Positions 13,526-25,077 of a stretch of DNA of 64,000 nucleotides are shown piece by piece (within the stretch, counting starts at the first letter, position 1; each line of letters starts with the position of its first letter). Source of the stretch: Octopus bimaculoides (Eukaryota); the NCBI RefSeq assembly GCF_001194135.2, contig NC_068982.1, positions 1,158,056 to 1,222,055 of the forward strand, in the 5' to 3' direction. The translations under genes and the position numbers were made by a program. The notes below the pieces were generated by a model that saw only the letters and a list, made by a program, of their open reading frames with translations, made no database searches and had not been told where the DNA came from.

Positions 13526-13760
13526 CAATTGTTCAACGGTTTTTTTCAAATAAGTTACGTAGCAATCTTCTCTAACTACAGTTATCAGATTCGGTTAGAA
13601 TGTTTTACGGTTAAGCTGGTTCCTATGTATTTCCCTGAAGAGAAGATTACATCCTTATCAACAACACCTATTCCTATGGAAGGTATAATTTTTAATCTTG
13701 GAAACATATGTTGGAAATAAAAGAATTCATTTATCATATGCGTATTACTCCATTTACTAA

Positions 13761-13795
<35 letters not shown>

Positions 13796-14493
13796 AGAAA
13801 GTTGGTATGTGAAAGCACGTGGTTGGATGTATAAAAGATAATAAGAGTGAAAAAGCTACAGAAGGCTTGTGTTACATGGTTAAAGTATANNNNNNNNNNN
13901 NNNNNNNNNNNNNNNNNNNNNNNNNNNNNNNNNNNNNNNNNNNNNNNNNNNNNNNNNNNNNNNNNNNNNNNNNNNNNNNNNNNNNNNNNNNNNNNNNNNN
14001 NNNNNNNNNNNNNNNNNNNNNNNNNNNNNNNNNNNNNNNNNNNNNNNNNNNNNNNNNNNNNNNNNNNNNNNNNNNNNNNNNNNNNNNNNNNNNNNNNNNN
14101 NNNNNNNNNNNNNNNNNNNNNNNNNNNNNNNNNNNNNNNNNNNNNNNNNNNNNNNNNNNNNNNNNNNNNNNNNNNNNNNNNNNNNNNNNNNNNNNNNNNN
14201 NNNNNNNNNNNNNNNNNNNNNNNNNNNNNNNNNNNNNNNNNNNNNNNNNNNNNNNNNNNNNNNNNNNNNNNNNNNNNNNNNNNNNNNNNNNNNNNNNNNN
14301 NNNNNNNNNNNNNNNNNNNNNNNNNNNNNNNNNNNNNNNNNNNNNNNNNNNNNNNNNNNNNNNNNNNNNNNNNNNNNNNNNNNNNNNNNNNNNNNNNNNN
14401 NNNNNNNNNNNNNNNNNNNNNNNNNNNNNNNNNNNNNNNNNNNNNNNNNNNNNNNNNNNNNNNNNNNNNNNNNNNNNNNNNNNNNNNNNNNNN

Positions 14494-14549
<56 letters not shown>

Positions 14550-14553
14550 GTCC

Positions 14554-14605
<52 letters not shown>

Positions 14606-14662
14606 GTCCGCCCATGTATCTGTCCATGTACCCCTCTCTCTCTATATATATATATATATATT
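14494..14662. repeat. (ATCT)n, (CT)n and (TA)n microsatellites just upstream of the TM6 exon acceptor
   Basis: Directly visible. Confidence 0.95.
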
Positions 14663-14709
14663 TACATGCAATTTCATGTTCGTTGAAGCATTTCTTCTTT
14701 CTTTTTCAG

Positions 14710-14919
14710 GTTATTAAGACGTTAGTCATCGTGGTAACCATATTCGTTTTGTGCTGGCTTCCATTACACGTCTTTTTCTTAATTCTTGACTTCCAACCAG
14801 CACTGGCTAATATGTCTAACCAAACATTGACCAGCATATATTTGGGAGTTCACTGGCTTGCGATGTCAAACAGCTTTGCCAATCCGATTATATATGGATT
14901 CACAAATGAAAGTTTTCGG
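14710..14919 (+). CDS. Internal coding exon of a rhodopsin-class neuropeptide GPCR (TM6-ECL3-TM7), tachykinin/NPY/RYamide/leucokinin-receptor-like
   Basis: Polypyrimidine tract plus ttttcAG acceptor (14708-14709) and GTAAGA donor at 14920. The exon is 210 nt, phase 0/0, and translates VIKTLVIVVTIFVLCWLPLHVFFLILDFQPALANMSNQTLTSIYLGVHWLAMSNSFANPIIYGFTNESFR, with the CWLP (TM6) and NPxxY (TM7) motifs. The exact subfamily cannot be assigned by eye. Confidence 0.95.
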
Positions 14920-15100
14920 GTAAGATGTCTGTTTGCTTCTTGTATTTATATTTGATGTTTATATCCTTATTTTGCAGTCATAAGTACTTACACTGACAGG
15001 TATTTAACTTTAGAAAAGTTGCAGTAAAACCAATTCACTGACGTAATTAACGTAAAACGTACTAAATCGTACATTTTGACAGTGTTCAAGATATATTCAA

Positions 15101-15174
<74 letters not shown>

Positions 15175-15419
15175 GCAAACTCATATATATCAAATAATGA
15201 ATGACAAAGGGACAAAAATTACCTAATCACTTTCATCAGCTCACAGCTTTTGCTGTTATGAGAAGCCAAGGGCTCGTGCGATATCTTATAGCTTTCCCAG
15301 AACTTTAAAAATGGGGTGCATATATATTGTGGAAAGCATGCTTATTGCTTTCCGCAACAACTGTGTGTTCGTACAATATTTACCATGGATGGGTAGATGT
15401 CCTCACCTTGTTTGTTATT

Positions 15420-15465
15420 ATCACAACGTTTCGGCTGATGTACTCTCCAGCCTTCATCAGGTATC
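15420..15465 (-). ncRNA. Minimal type I hammerhead ribozyme motif with intact core
   Basis: GATAC-CTGATGA-A-GGCTG-GAGAGTACAT-CAGCC-GAAAC-GTT-GTGAT. It has a perfect 5-bp stem II, an extra A after A9, palindromic AACGTT stem III, a GUU triplet and an imperfect stem I. Confidence 0.75.
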
Positions 15466-15581
15466 CTGGTAGAATTTCGAACCCAATCCTTTATTTAACT
15501 AATGGGATACTCTTTTCTCATTCCTAAGGTATTTTAGGTATCTTTTGCTGATGTTATTATTATTTATTCAAGTCATTGATT

Positions 15582-15653
15582 GGGATTGAACCCGGAATCT
15601 TGAGGTTAGTAACCCGCACTCTTAATTAACCACTACACTACATGCCCGCGGGC
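15582..15653 (-). promoter_or_regulatory. tRNA-like segment with Pol III A-box and B-box inside the PLE 3' region
   Basis: A-box-like TAGTGTAGTGG (plus 15630-15640) and B-box GGTTCAATCCC (plus 15582-15592), at tRNA-like spacing with an anticodon-like loop TTACTAA. Confidence 0.6.
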
Positions 15654-16529
15654 AATTATAGAGTGAATTTTTGGGTTTATAGACTGATTATTTTTGTATC
15701 CTTAATACCGGTTCCCATATTCTACTCGTATCTGCACAAGATCTTCTTAGGAGGTTATTGTGTCCTAGCATATGTGCTGCTTCTTTTAGTTTTCGTATTT
15801 TCCAGTGGTGTTCTCTGTCTATTATTTTAACTTCATCCCACAGGGGGTGGTCTCCGTTTTTCCGTACATGATCACTTATACCCGATTTTTCAATATTCCC
15901 TCATGTCACAGCTTTACTATGTTATGAAGATTGGAAGAGCTTTTATACTCGTTTATAAATATTCTGAGAAATGTTATCTTCATTACTTGTGACCAATTTT
16001 TCGTTTTATTCTTATTAACATATAATTCCTAACACTACCAAGAACATTATCCTATTTCTTCGCGAGTGCAAGACGTCGCAATGATGTGATTACGTGTAAG
16101 ACCACAACCAGAGAATACTATCAGTTCGGAGAAAGTTCTTAAAGAAAAGTCTGATACGATGACAACACTCATCACAAAACTGAATAGCCCATCCGGTAAC
16201 CGATATGAAATTGTGGATATGATCAAACACAAACGAAACTGCTCTGCATTTTTCACATAAAATAACAAAATGCCGGTAATATCATTAACTTCACCCAAAA
16301 CTTGGAAGCACACCCCTTTCGAAAAGAATTGAACAATGCACAAACATTATAAGAATGGAAGTGCAGACACAATGAGAAATGATATTAAAATCTTTGAAAA
16401 AGATCTGTAGACTAAGGCAAACAGGCATAATAGAATAGAAGAACAGCATTGAAAGTAATACGGCTGCGAATATCGAAATTAGCAAAACAGAATATTCAGG
16501 TAGAGAAAGCAGAATTTTCTTTGAATTTG

Positions 16530-16722
16530 TGTGCGCGCGCCCTCCACAACCGCTTGACAACTGGTGTTGGTGTGTTTATGTCCCTGTAATTTAGCGTCTT
16601 AGCAAAAGAGACCGATAGAATAAGTACCAGACTTTAAAAAGAAATAATTACTGGGGTTGATTAACTCGACTAAGAATTCTTCAAGTCAGTCTAATGAGTG
16701 AAACAAGTAAAAAAATAAAAGA
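16530..16722 (+). mobile_element. SINE family BC, C domain and tail
   Basis: Runs from ..cgcttgacaactggtgttggtgtgtttatgtccc through gaccgatagaataagtacc to gaaacaagtaaaa. Confidence 0.8.
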
Positions 16723-17570
16723 TACCTACATGTATGTGTATGTATGCACGTATGCGGTCTGTGTGCGTGTGTGAGCATGTGTTTGTGTGTGTAGATATGT
16801 GTATCACTGGTTTGTGTCAAGGTGCACTCAGCCATTGACATAGTTACACGCATCAGGCATAACAGAGTGTTTCTCATCTCACCACAATCTTCTTTAAAAT
16901 GTAAGTTTGGTTTAGAACATGTTTTCACTCCTGACATAACCTCGTTGTCCTGTCACTGGCACCGAAAATGTCAGCCGAATATTAAACAATGGAGACTGTC
17001 ATTGAATAAATGGATAGAAAGACTTAAGAAGTGTTTTATTTTTTTTGCTTTGAAGAAAACTTTATAACCAGTGTAGGAATATACTAAGAAACTAAGAAAC
17101 TAGTGTAGGAATATACTCGCTTTCGGTATTCCTCTTTCTTTCTTTCTTTCTTTACCCCTCCCCTATCTATCTATCATCTGTTCATGATTTACTGTTAAAT
17201 TAAGGTAAGATCAACAAAAATTACTCCATCCAGAGTGAGATAAATATTATTTAATGTGCAGTGTAATCTCTGTCCACACACACATACACACGCACACAAA
17301 CACACGCACAACCACACATACATGTGTGTGTGTGTGTGTACATATTAATGACTTGTAGGTACGTGGTATTTCGTTATGCAATCATAATGCACTACGAAAT
17401 ATATTAAATGTTTTTACTGCGTTACATTATTTTGTTAAGGTTATTTCTACAGATCTTCTATAGAAATTATAGCCAGCTCTGATTTTTGCCATTAAGTTTC
17501 AGTGGTGGGTTTAATTTCTATAGAATATCTGTAGAAACAACCTTAACAAAACAATATGTACACGTATACC

Positions 17571-17610
<40 letters not shown>

Positions 17611-18435
17611 NNNNNNNNNNNNNNNNNNNNNNNNNNNNNNNNNNNNNNNNNNNNNNNNNNNNNNNNNNNNNNNNNNNNNNNNNNNNNNNNNNNNNNNNNN
17701 NNNNNNNNNNNNNNNNNNNNNNNNNNNNNNNNNNNNNNNNNNNNNNNNNNNNNNNNNNNNNNNNNNNNNNNNNNNNNNNNNNNNNNNNNNNNNNNNNNNN
17801 NNNNNNNNNNNNNNNNNNNNNNNNNNNNNNNNNNNNNNNNNNNNNNNNNNNNNNNNNNNNNNNNNNNNNNNNNNNNNNNNNNNNNNNNNNNNNNNNNNNN
17901 NNNNNNNNNNNNNNNNNNNNNNNNNNNNNNNNNNNNNNNNNNNNNNNNNNNNNNNNNNNNNNNNNNNNNNNNNNNNNNNNNNNNNNNNNNNNNNNNNNNN
18001 NNNNNNNNNNNNNNNNNNNNNNNNNNNNNNNNNNNNNNNNNNNNNNNNNNNNNNNNNNNNNNNNNNNNNNNNNNNNNNNNNNNNNNNNNNNNNNNNNNNN
18101 NNNNNNNNNNNNNNNNNNNNNNNNNNNNNNNNNNNNNNNNNNNNNNNNNNNNNNNNNNNNNNNNNNNNNNNNNNNNNNNNNNNNNNNNNNNNNNNNNNNN
18201 NNNNNNNNNNNNNNNNNNNNNNNNNNNNNNNNNNNNNNNNNNNNNNNNNNNNNNNNNNNNNNNNNNNNNNNNNNNNNNNNNNNNNNNNNNNNNNNNNNNN
18301 NNNNNNNNNNNNNNNNNNNNNNNNNNNNNNNNNNNNNNNNNNNNNNNNNNNNNNNNNNNNNNNNNNNNNNNNNNNNNNNNNNNGTATGAACAACAAGCAG
18401 GTGTATTAGTTTGACGCTCGCAAAAATGAGAAAGT

Positions 18436-18469
18436 CTTTTACGTTTCGAGCCTACGCTTCTGCACAAAG
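18436..18469 (-). ncRNA. Degenerate minimal hammerhead-like motif in a probable PLE terminal-repeat remnant
   Basis: CTTT-GTGCAGA-AGC-GTAG-GCT-C-GAAAC-GTA-AAAG. Stem I is perfect (CTTT/AAAG) with a short stem II and a GUA triplet, but the core is mutated at two positions. Confidence 0.4.
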
Positions 18470-18613
18470 GAATAAGAGAAAATAAACAGAGAGAGAATTT
18501 TAAAAAACCGTCTGGATTTAGCGATATGGTTAATTCAAGGAAGTCAAATCATCATTAGAGATTATGTAATCCAAGGTATGCCATTGGTTTAATCCGTACC
18601 ATATGATGACTTT

Positions 18614-18651
<38 letters not shown>

Positions 18652-19619
18652 GCACACACACTAAACAAGGGACACAAGACGTGTCATTGTTAATATAAAC
18701 AACCACGGTCTTCCAAGTTGCGTAGTGGGCATATTTTTGGTAAAAATCAGAAGAAACGTAATATTCTCCAGTAAGGGAAGTTCTGTGCATCAAAATTCCT
18801 TTTTTCTTTTTTTTTTTCTGGTGAAAGCCAGGCTCAGAGATAAAATGGTGCTAATGATGTTATAAATTGATTGTCCTAGTTTCCTGGAAACCAGCAAGAC
18901 CAACAGGCAATTCAGCAACGTTCAAGAATAGGATTAAAAGGGCTGAAAGCCAGTTACAAAGGATTATAGAAGACATGAGGACTTGGAAGGAATGTATTAA
19001 TGCTCAATTTTTCACACAGAATGTAGCATTAACTTTCTCTCCACAGCGTCTAAAAAGAAACAAAAACATTTCATACTTAACGTAGTTGATGGTGATATTT
19101 CAGCGCAATAAAGGTTAAGATTATATATGGCGTTGAGTTTGCTTTTAGCAAAATTTTCTTATCTCACTTGGCTTTCTGAATGTTTGTCAGTGCAATACAC
19201 TTAAATTTACGTATTTTCAAAACTATATCTAAAAACTCGCTGATATGTCAATATTGATTTCTTCCTAGAATTCTGTTTTAATTGTTGCACTGTCGGAGGT
19301 CTATTGCTAATGATTTGCTAATGATTCTACCACACTGTACGAAGGTAAATGATTTAATCAATATAAAGCTGATGGTAAGCGAAACTGATACCTCAGTATA
19401 TTGAACTTAGAATGTTGCCAGACGGTTAAGCATATAAATCTATCCCCCAATCGTTTCTCATTACTTTTCGCCTTTCATAATACGTTTCATAGATGCAGAC
19501 ACAACAGTTAAAATGTCCACGATACACAAACATATATTATAAAATGTTCAGAGTTTCTCTCAAGACCAGACCACTAATAGCGACCCGGTAAACTGATATT
19601 TTTTATATGCATAAGGGAT

Positions 19620-19847
19620 ATTTATTACATACACGCGCACAAATATACACATACTCACTTACAAGCACAAATACGTAAATATACATACATACATGCATAT
19701 GTAAATATATACACAAATAAATACATATATACATATATATACATATATATATGTATATGCATGGATGTGTTTATATATATAGAGAGAGAAAGAGAGACAC
19801 ACACACTCACACACACACGCGCGCGCGCACACACACACGCGCGCGCG

Positions 19848-19879
<32 letters not shown>

Positions 19880-20171
19880 AATATATATATATATANNNNN
19901 NNNNNNNNNNNNNNNNNNNNNNNNNNNNNNNNNNNNNNNNNNNNNNNNNNNNNNNNNNNNNNNNNNNNNNNNNNNNNNNNNNNNNNNNNNNNNNNNNNNN
20001 NNNNNNNNNNNNNNNNNNNNNNNNNNNNNNNNNNNNNNNNNNNNNNNNNNNNNNNNNNNNNNNNNNNNNNNNNNNNNNNNNNNNNNNNNNNNNNNNNNNN
20101 NNNNNNNNNNNNNNNNNNNNNNNNNNNNNNNNNNNNNNNNNNNNNNNNNNNNNNNNNNNNNNTATATATAT

Positions 20172-20202
<31 letters not shown>

Positions 20203-20267
20203 CATAGATAGATAGATAGTTAGATAAAACTTACTTGGAAATGGATACGTAGCGTTCGATCATTTAT

Positions 20268-20300
<33 letters not shown>
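19620..20300. repeat. Compound (CA)/(CG)/(TA)/(GATA) microsatellite block spanning a gap
   Basis: Directly visible; gap at 19896-20161. Confidence 0.95.
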
Positions 20301-20303
<3 letters not shown>

Positions 20304-20628
20304 TCTTCATTTGTCACTATATATTGCATTATTTCGTTGAGGGAAAAAGATATGTGGTCAGAAAATGTAGAATATTATACTACTTCATGTTATTACATTC
20401 TGTCTTGAAATACTACTGGAATCGATTTTCCATAAATCCACAAATCTTGTACGATCATCAAAACCAAATCCATCAGAAATCACCATTGCAGCAATGCAAA
20501 CACAACATAATATTATACAAAAGAATCATGCATGGAACTTCCTAAGTGCGAAAATAATTTTTGTTGCAAACATTGGCACAATGCCATAGATCTATAGTTG
20601 GGCATAGTATTTAGTAAAACAATCCAGA

Positions 20629-20661
<33 letters not shown>

Positions 20662-20665
<4 letters not shown>

Positions 20666-21350
20666 CTTCATCTCAGAGCTGCGGCCATGCTGGTGCACCA
20701 CCGTTATGCTACACTGTTATTATTGAGACCCTCCTCTAATATGTGGCATTTGGTGAATTAGTGTGTTTGATGTTGCTACCCTCATTTGCACCTCCTGCCA
20801 TGAGGTAGGTTCATCTGGGACTGTCGACAGGAAGAGGTTCAGTTTTGATTCGAAAACACCTACATCGACTTTGTGTAGGTCCCCCAGGCTCTTTGGGAGA
20901 ATATTAAAAAGCTGTGGACCCCTGAAACCCAGGCTGTTGCAGTAACTGGTCCTGAAACGTGATGGCATCGCTGGGGTATTTAGCCCTGTGCAGTGTCAAC
21001 CCGTTCTGGAATTGGTGTAGCTTTCAATGCCAAAATTTGGCACAATTCCTTCCAGGATCTTCCAGATGTATATTACTGCATACCTCTCCTGCCTTCGCTC
21101 CAGGGAGTAGAGTCTTAGCTGTTTCAGCCTTTCCCAGTAGCTGAGACGATCTTCTTTGTGAAGCTTCGCTGGATTGCTTCAAGGACCGTTGTTTATTTTA
21201 CACTGTTGGGTAACCATAGTTGGGAGCAGTAATCCAGGCGGCTGAGGACGAATGTCCTCCAGAGGACCATCAGGGTTTCCTTATCCCTGGTTCTGAACGT
21301 TGTCAGGATACATCCAGCTAGTGGTCTGCACTTTGTCGCCATCCTGGTAA
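20662..21350 (-). mobile_element. CR1/L2-group LINE 3' fragment (post-RT domain plus 3' UTR)
   Basis: Frameshifted translation: ILTTFRTRDKETLMVLWRTFVLSRLDYCSQLW, LEAIQRSFTKKI and NSLGFRGPQLFNILPKSL..FESKLNLFLSTVPDEP. The 3' end abuts (TA)n at about 20631-20661. Confidence 0.88.
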
Positions 21351-21490
21351 TGTATATATAAATACATACATATACAAACACACACACATACACACACATA
21401 TATATGTATGTATGTATATATTTCGATTCTCAAATGCTTTAAACATTGGGTATACTCGAGAAAGAGGAAGCAGCCATCGTATATAATATA

Positions 21491-21558
<68 letters not shown>

Positions 21559-21824
21559 GCGATATAGTTCTGACTTTGCCATTCATCTTTTCTGAGTCGG
21601 TAAAATAAGGAGCACTTCGGTAATGGGAGTCGATGTAAAATTGCTAGCGTTGTGCCAAAATTTGAAACCAATTTCATGAGCCTGTCGACTTTTAGGAAAA
21701 GGTTTATATGTCTGTGGCGTATTGTTAAGAAGGCTTTCAATTTTATTGTTTTTATGTTCAATTTATCATTTAATCTAAGGTTGTTCATGTTGTTTTACGA
21801 AGGTTTTCGACGCTTTCATCAAGT

Positions 21825-22102
21825 CCCCTGGTTCTCAACCATTTTTGACCTATGGGCCATTTTGATTCTCGTTTTACTCCGATGGACCCTCACAACCATT
21901 AGATGTTTAAAAAATCCTATTATATCTTTATGATTAAATACTAATAGGAATTGTGTTTCAAAAAAATTAAAATATATTGTCTGTGGTAGCAGTATATGTA
22001 ATTTATTGCGCATAGATTTTAACAGCAAAATCTTATATAGATCCACAACGGTCCTGTGCCCCCACCCACAAGGATCACATGGCCCCCGATTAAAAACCAC
22101 TA
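21825..22102 (+). mobile_element. Probable hAT/Charlie-type MITE
   Basis: Termini ..tggttctcaacc and gattaaaaaccacta resemble the imperfect CAG(T/G)GGTTCTCAACC-type TIRs of hAT MITEs. No clean TSD. Confidence 0.5.
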
Positions 22103-23413
22103 CTCTATGCTCTACTCTATACTTTGTATATATTTTGTTAATATAATACACTTTATAAGAGGGTTGTGCATTTTAAAGAAGTGTGATATCTGTTTCAGTG
22201 AAAACCTGTGATTTATTACGGCTTCGTAGAGTATGCTTATTTCAATTCTTTATTCTTTTGGTCATATATCTTATAACTGTGAAGGCAGGAAGGCGTCATT
22301 TGATCTGGGCTGAGTCTGAGGTAGTAAACATTAAGAAATCTATCTTCCTGTGTAGCCAAAACAATTTTTCCTTGTACGATTCGCTTTGATTTTGTTTGGG
22401 GGTGTGTTGTGTCTGATTCGTTTTGAAATGTCTATTATGAGAGCTAAGTGTACATATTTTAAGGAATGTTTCTTACTGATTTCTCGATTGCTTAACTACT
22501 ATCTGTATATTGTACTTTTCTGTTATAAATTGTCGCCACATAACACTGAAATGTGCTACAAAATCCGAAAACAGAGACAAAATGACCCCCCGCCAAACAA
22601 AAAAACAACAACATAAAACAACATACGAAGACATTTGTAGATGAGACAGCATTAATCTCCAAAATTTTCCACAAAAATAAGCGATAAATAATACATGTCA
22701 CACTCTTAGCAAAGCACAGTTCTAAAATAAATACACAAATATACATTTATTAGAAACAGAAATGACCGTGCAGTTAATGACTTAAAATCAACGTCGACAG
22801 TAACATTATTCAAATCGTATTTACTCTACCTATTGAAGAGGGGTAAAACACAGGAACTTTTGTTCATTCTGAAGATAAGATGCAAAGGCCAATAAACGTT
22901 GATAATGGATTTAGGAACATTATCGGACCAAACAAACTACAACGAACTGATGTGAAAACGCGAAACCTTGATTATAATGAGAAAAGTGAGACAGTCTTCG
23001 GTACAATACAACGTCTAAAAGAAAAGCCATTTAGTATATATGAGGAAAAAAAAAAACAATAAATAAATTTCATGGTTACAGAAAGAAATCAAAATCAAAA
23101 TATACGACACAAATTTGGTAGAAATCGATCAAAGGACAAATAAAGGAGTCTTTTTTTTTGTGGTGAATTTTAGATTATCGGGAGAGATCTGTGATTGGTG
23201 GAATCGTACTCGGAATTACAGGATTGTAAAGCAGTTTTTTTCTCTTTTACCTACAAAACCATGTTTGCATCAATTACACTGATACGTGGGCGCGCGCATA
23301 CATACCTACATATCACTGATTTATTGCCAGAATAAATATATATGTGTGTGTCTATTTCTATGTATATATGAATTACGTACAAATTCGTGTGTGTGTGTGT
23401 TAGTGCGAATGTC

Positions 23414-23451
<38 letters not shown>

Positions 23452-24375
23452 AGAGAGAGAGGGAGAGAGAGAGAGAGAGAGAGTAGATCTCTTTATAATA
23501 CTGATGCTAAATCATAGTCAGCGGGGAATTATGAGAACCTTCATTGATTGTTTCTAGTTGTATAAACGAAATTCTAGTCTTGTTAGAAATACTTTATAAA
23601 TCGTTTTGTTTCCTTCGAGGTCGGAATATTTTATTCCGAATGTTTGTTTGGCTTGTTGCTACTATTGTTATTTAAACTGTTGCAAACGATATTAACGAAA
23701 TTACTTTTATTCTTCAGGATTGATGGGAAATTGTAGAATAATTATATTTCTCAGACAACACAGTCTTTACCTCTTGTCAAATAATACATACCACATACCA
23801 GCCTGGTAGGTTTAGAAGAGCCATCACTGAATGTGCCTGTTTAGAATACCACCATGTGGATATGGTAAAATTATGGGAATGGAAAGAACCAATCAATTGA
23901 ATACCAAGCTGAATGATTTGCTCAAATTTATAGACGTACAATAACTTTCTAAGCTTAAGCTGTGCTTGATCTTATTTTCCCTTTCGACCTTCAAATTTTG
24001 CATCCCTGATTTCAAATTCATTGTGGATCGTTGCCCATTTCATTGGCCATATAATTTGTAATATTCGCGAATTATTAAATAAGATGAAACCAAACTTCGT
24101 AAACGCTAGTTTCAAACTTCTGTGTTACTCTGAATCTATTTCTCTTTACATTAAGTTTAACTGGAGACAAGCCTTTCTTCGTCGCGCAACAAGGAATTGT
24201 TTTCGTTTCTAATTACTACTTACCTCATTTTAACATTTATTTGCATAATTTATCTCTCTGTGCCAGTAGCTTTATACAGTCTGTCATATGAAAAATTGAA
24301 GTCCAAATATTATTTAAGCATACAAATGTAGTATACAGTAATTATGTATTGAAGCCTTGTACTTTTTCTATAGGT

Positions 24376-24598
24376 TTCTTTTGCTGAATCGCTAATTTAC
24401 GGAGACGTCAACAAACTAACAAGGGTTACCAAAAGGTGATGGAGAGAGACAAAGACACACACACACACATACTGATTCCGTCTACCAAATCTATTCACAA
24501 GGCTTTGGTCGGGGGCTATAGTAAGACACTCGCTCTCGGTGTCACGCAATGGGACAGAACCCGGAACCATGTGGTTGGGAAGCAAACTACTTAGCACA
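24376..24598 (-). mobile_element. Bipartite SINE family BC, partial C domain
   Basis: Homologous to the copy at 39206-39574. Confidence 0.8.
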
Positions 24599-24632
24599 TA
24601 CAATGGTCCATTACATACATTTCTGTATTGTT

Positions 24633-24721
24633 GTAAATTTCACTTACAGCTATTTCCAGTTATCACTATAGGTTCATTATTGATAGGTTGACTACTGGAA
24701 ACAGCTGTAAGTGAAATTTAC
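24633..24721. repeat. 28-bp inverted repeat with 33-bp spacer
   Basis: 24633-24660 and 24694-24721 are reverse complements with one mismatch. Confidence 0.9.
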
Positions 24722-24952
24722 TATTATAAAGAAAAAATGTAACGACCATTATTTATGCGTGTTTAAAAACCGGTATAACTGGAGCACAACCATGGATTTA
24801 CAATATATAATGCTCATGAACTATAGCCTGAATACGCGGAGTTCGTTAATCCAATCAATACTGTTTGCCTGGTGTACTAACAGAGAACTTAAAAGCTAGT
24901 TTGCTCGGATTGATAATCCCTCACTCATAACTCTATTTTATATATATCTATA

Positions 24953-25010
<58 letters not shown>

Positions 25011-25036
25011 NNNNNNNNNNACATATGTGTATGTGT

Positions 25037-25077
<41 letters not shown>

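Larger units (their letters stand above)
15385..15970 (-). mobile_element. Penelope-like element 3' end: GIY-YIG endonuclease C-terminus plus terminal repeat region
   Basis: The minus strand from 15900 to 15688 reads GNIEKSGISDHVRKNGDHPLWDEVKIIDREHHWKIRKLKEAAHMLGHNNLLRRSCADTSRIWEPVLRIQK*, typical of the PLE endonuclease C-terminus. This ORF is absent from the track. Confidence 0.85.

Noticed and set aside
1-14493. Upstream GPCR exons (TM1-TM5)
   Set aside because: No splice-flanked hydrophobic ORF with GPCR motifs was found. They are probably upstream of the window or hidden in gaps.
13819-14709. Apparent N-terminal extension of the GPCR exon (IYLS repeats)
   Set aside because: This is an (ATCT)n microsatellite and a gap upstream of a canonical acceptor, so it is intronic.
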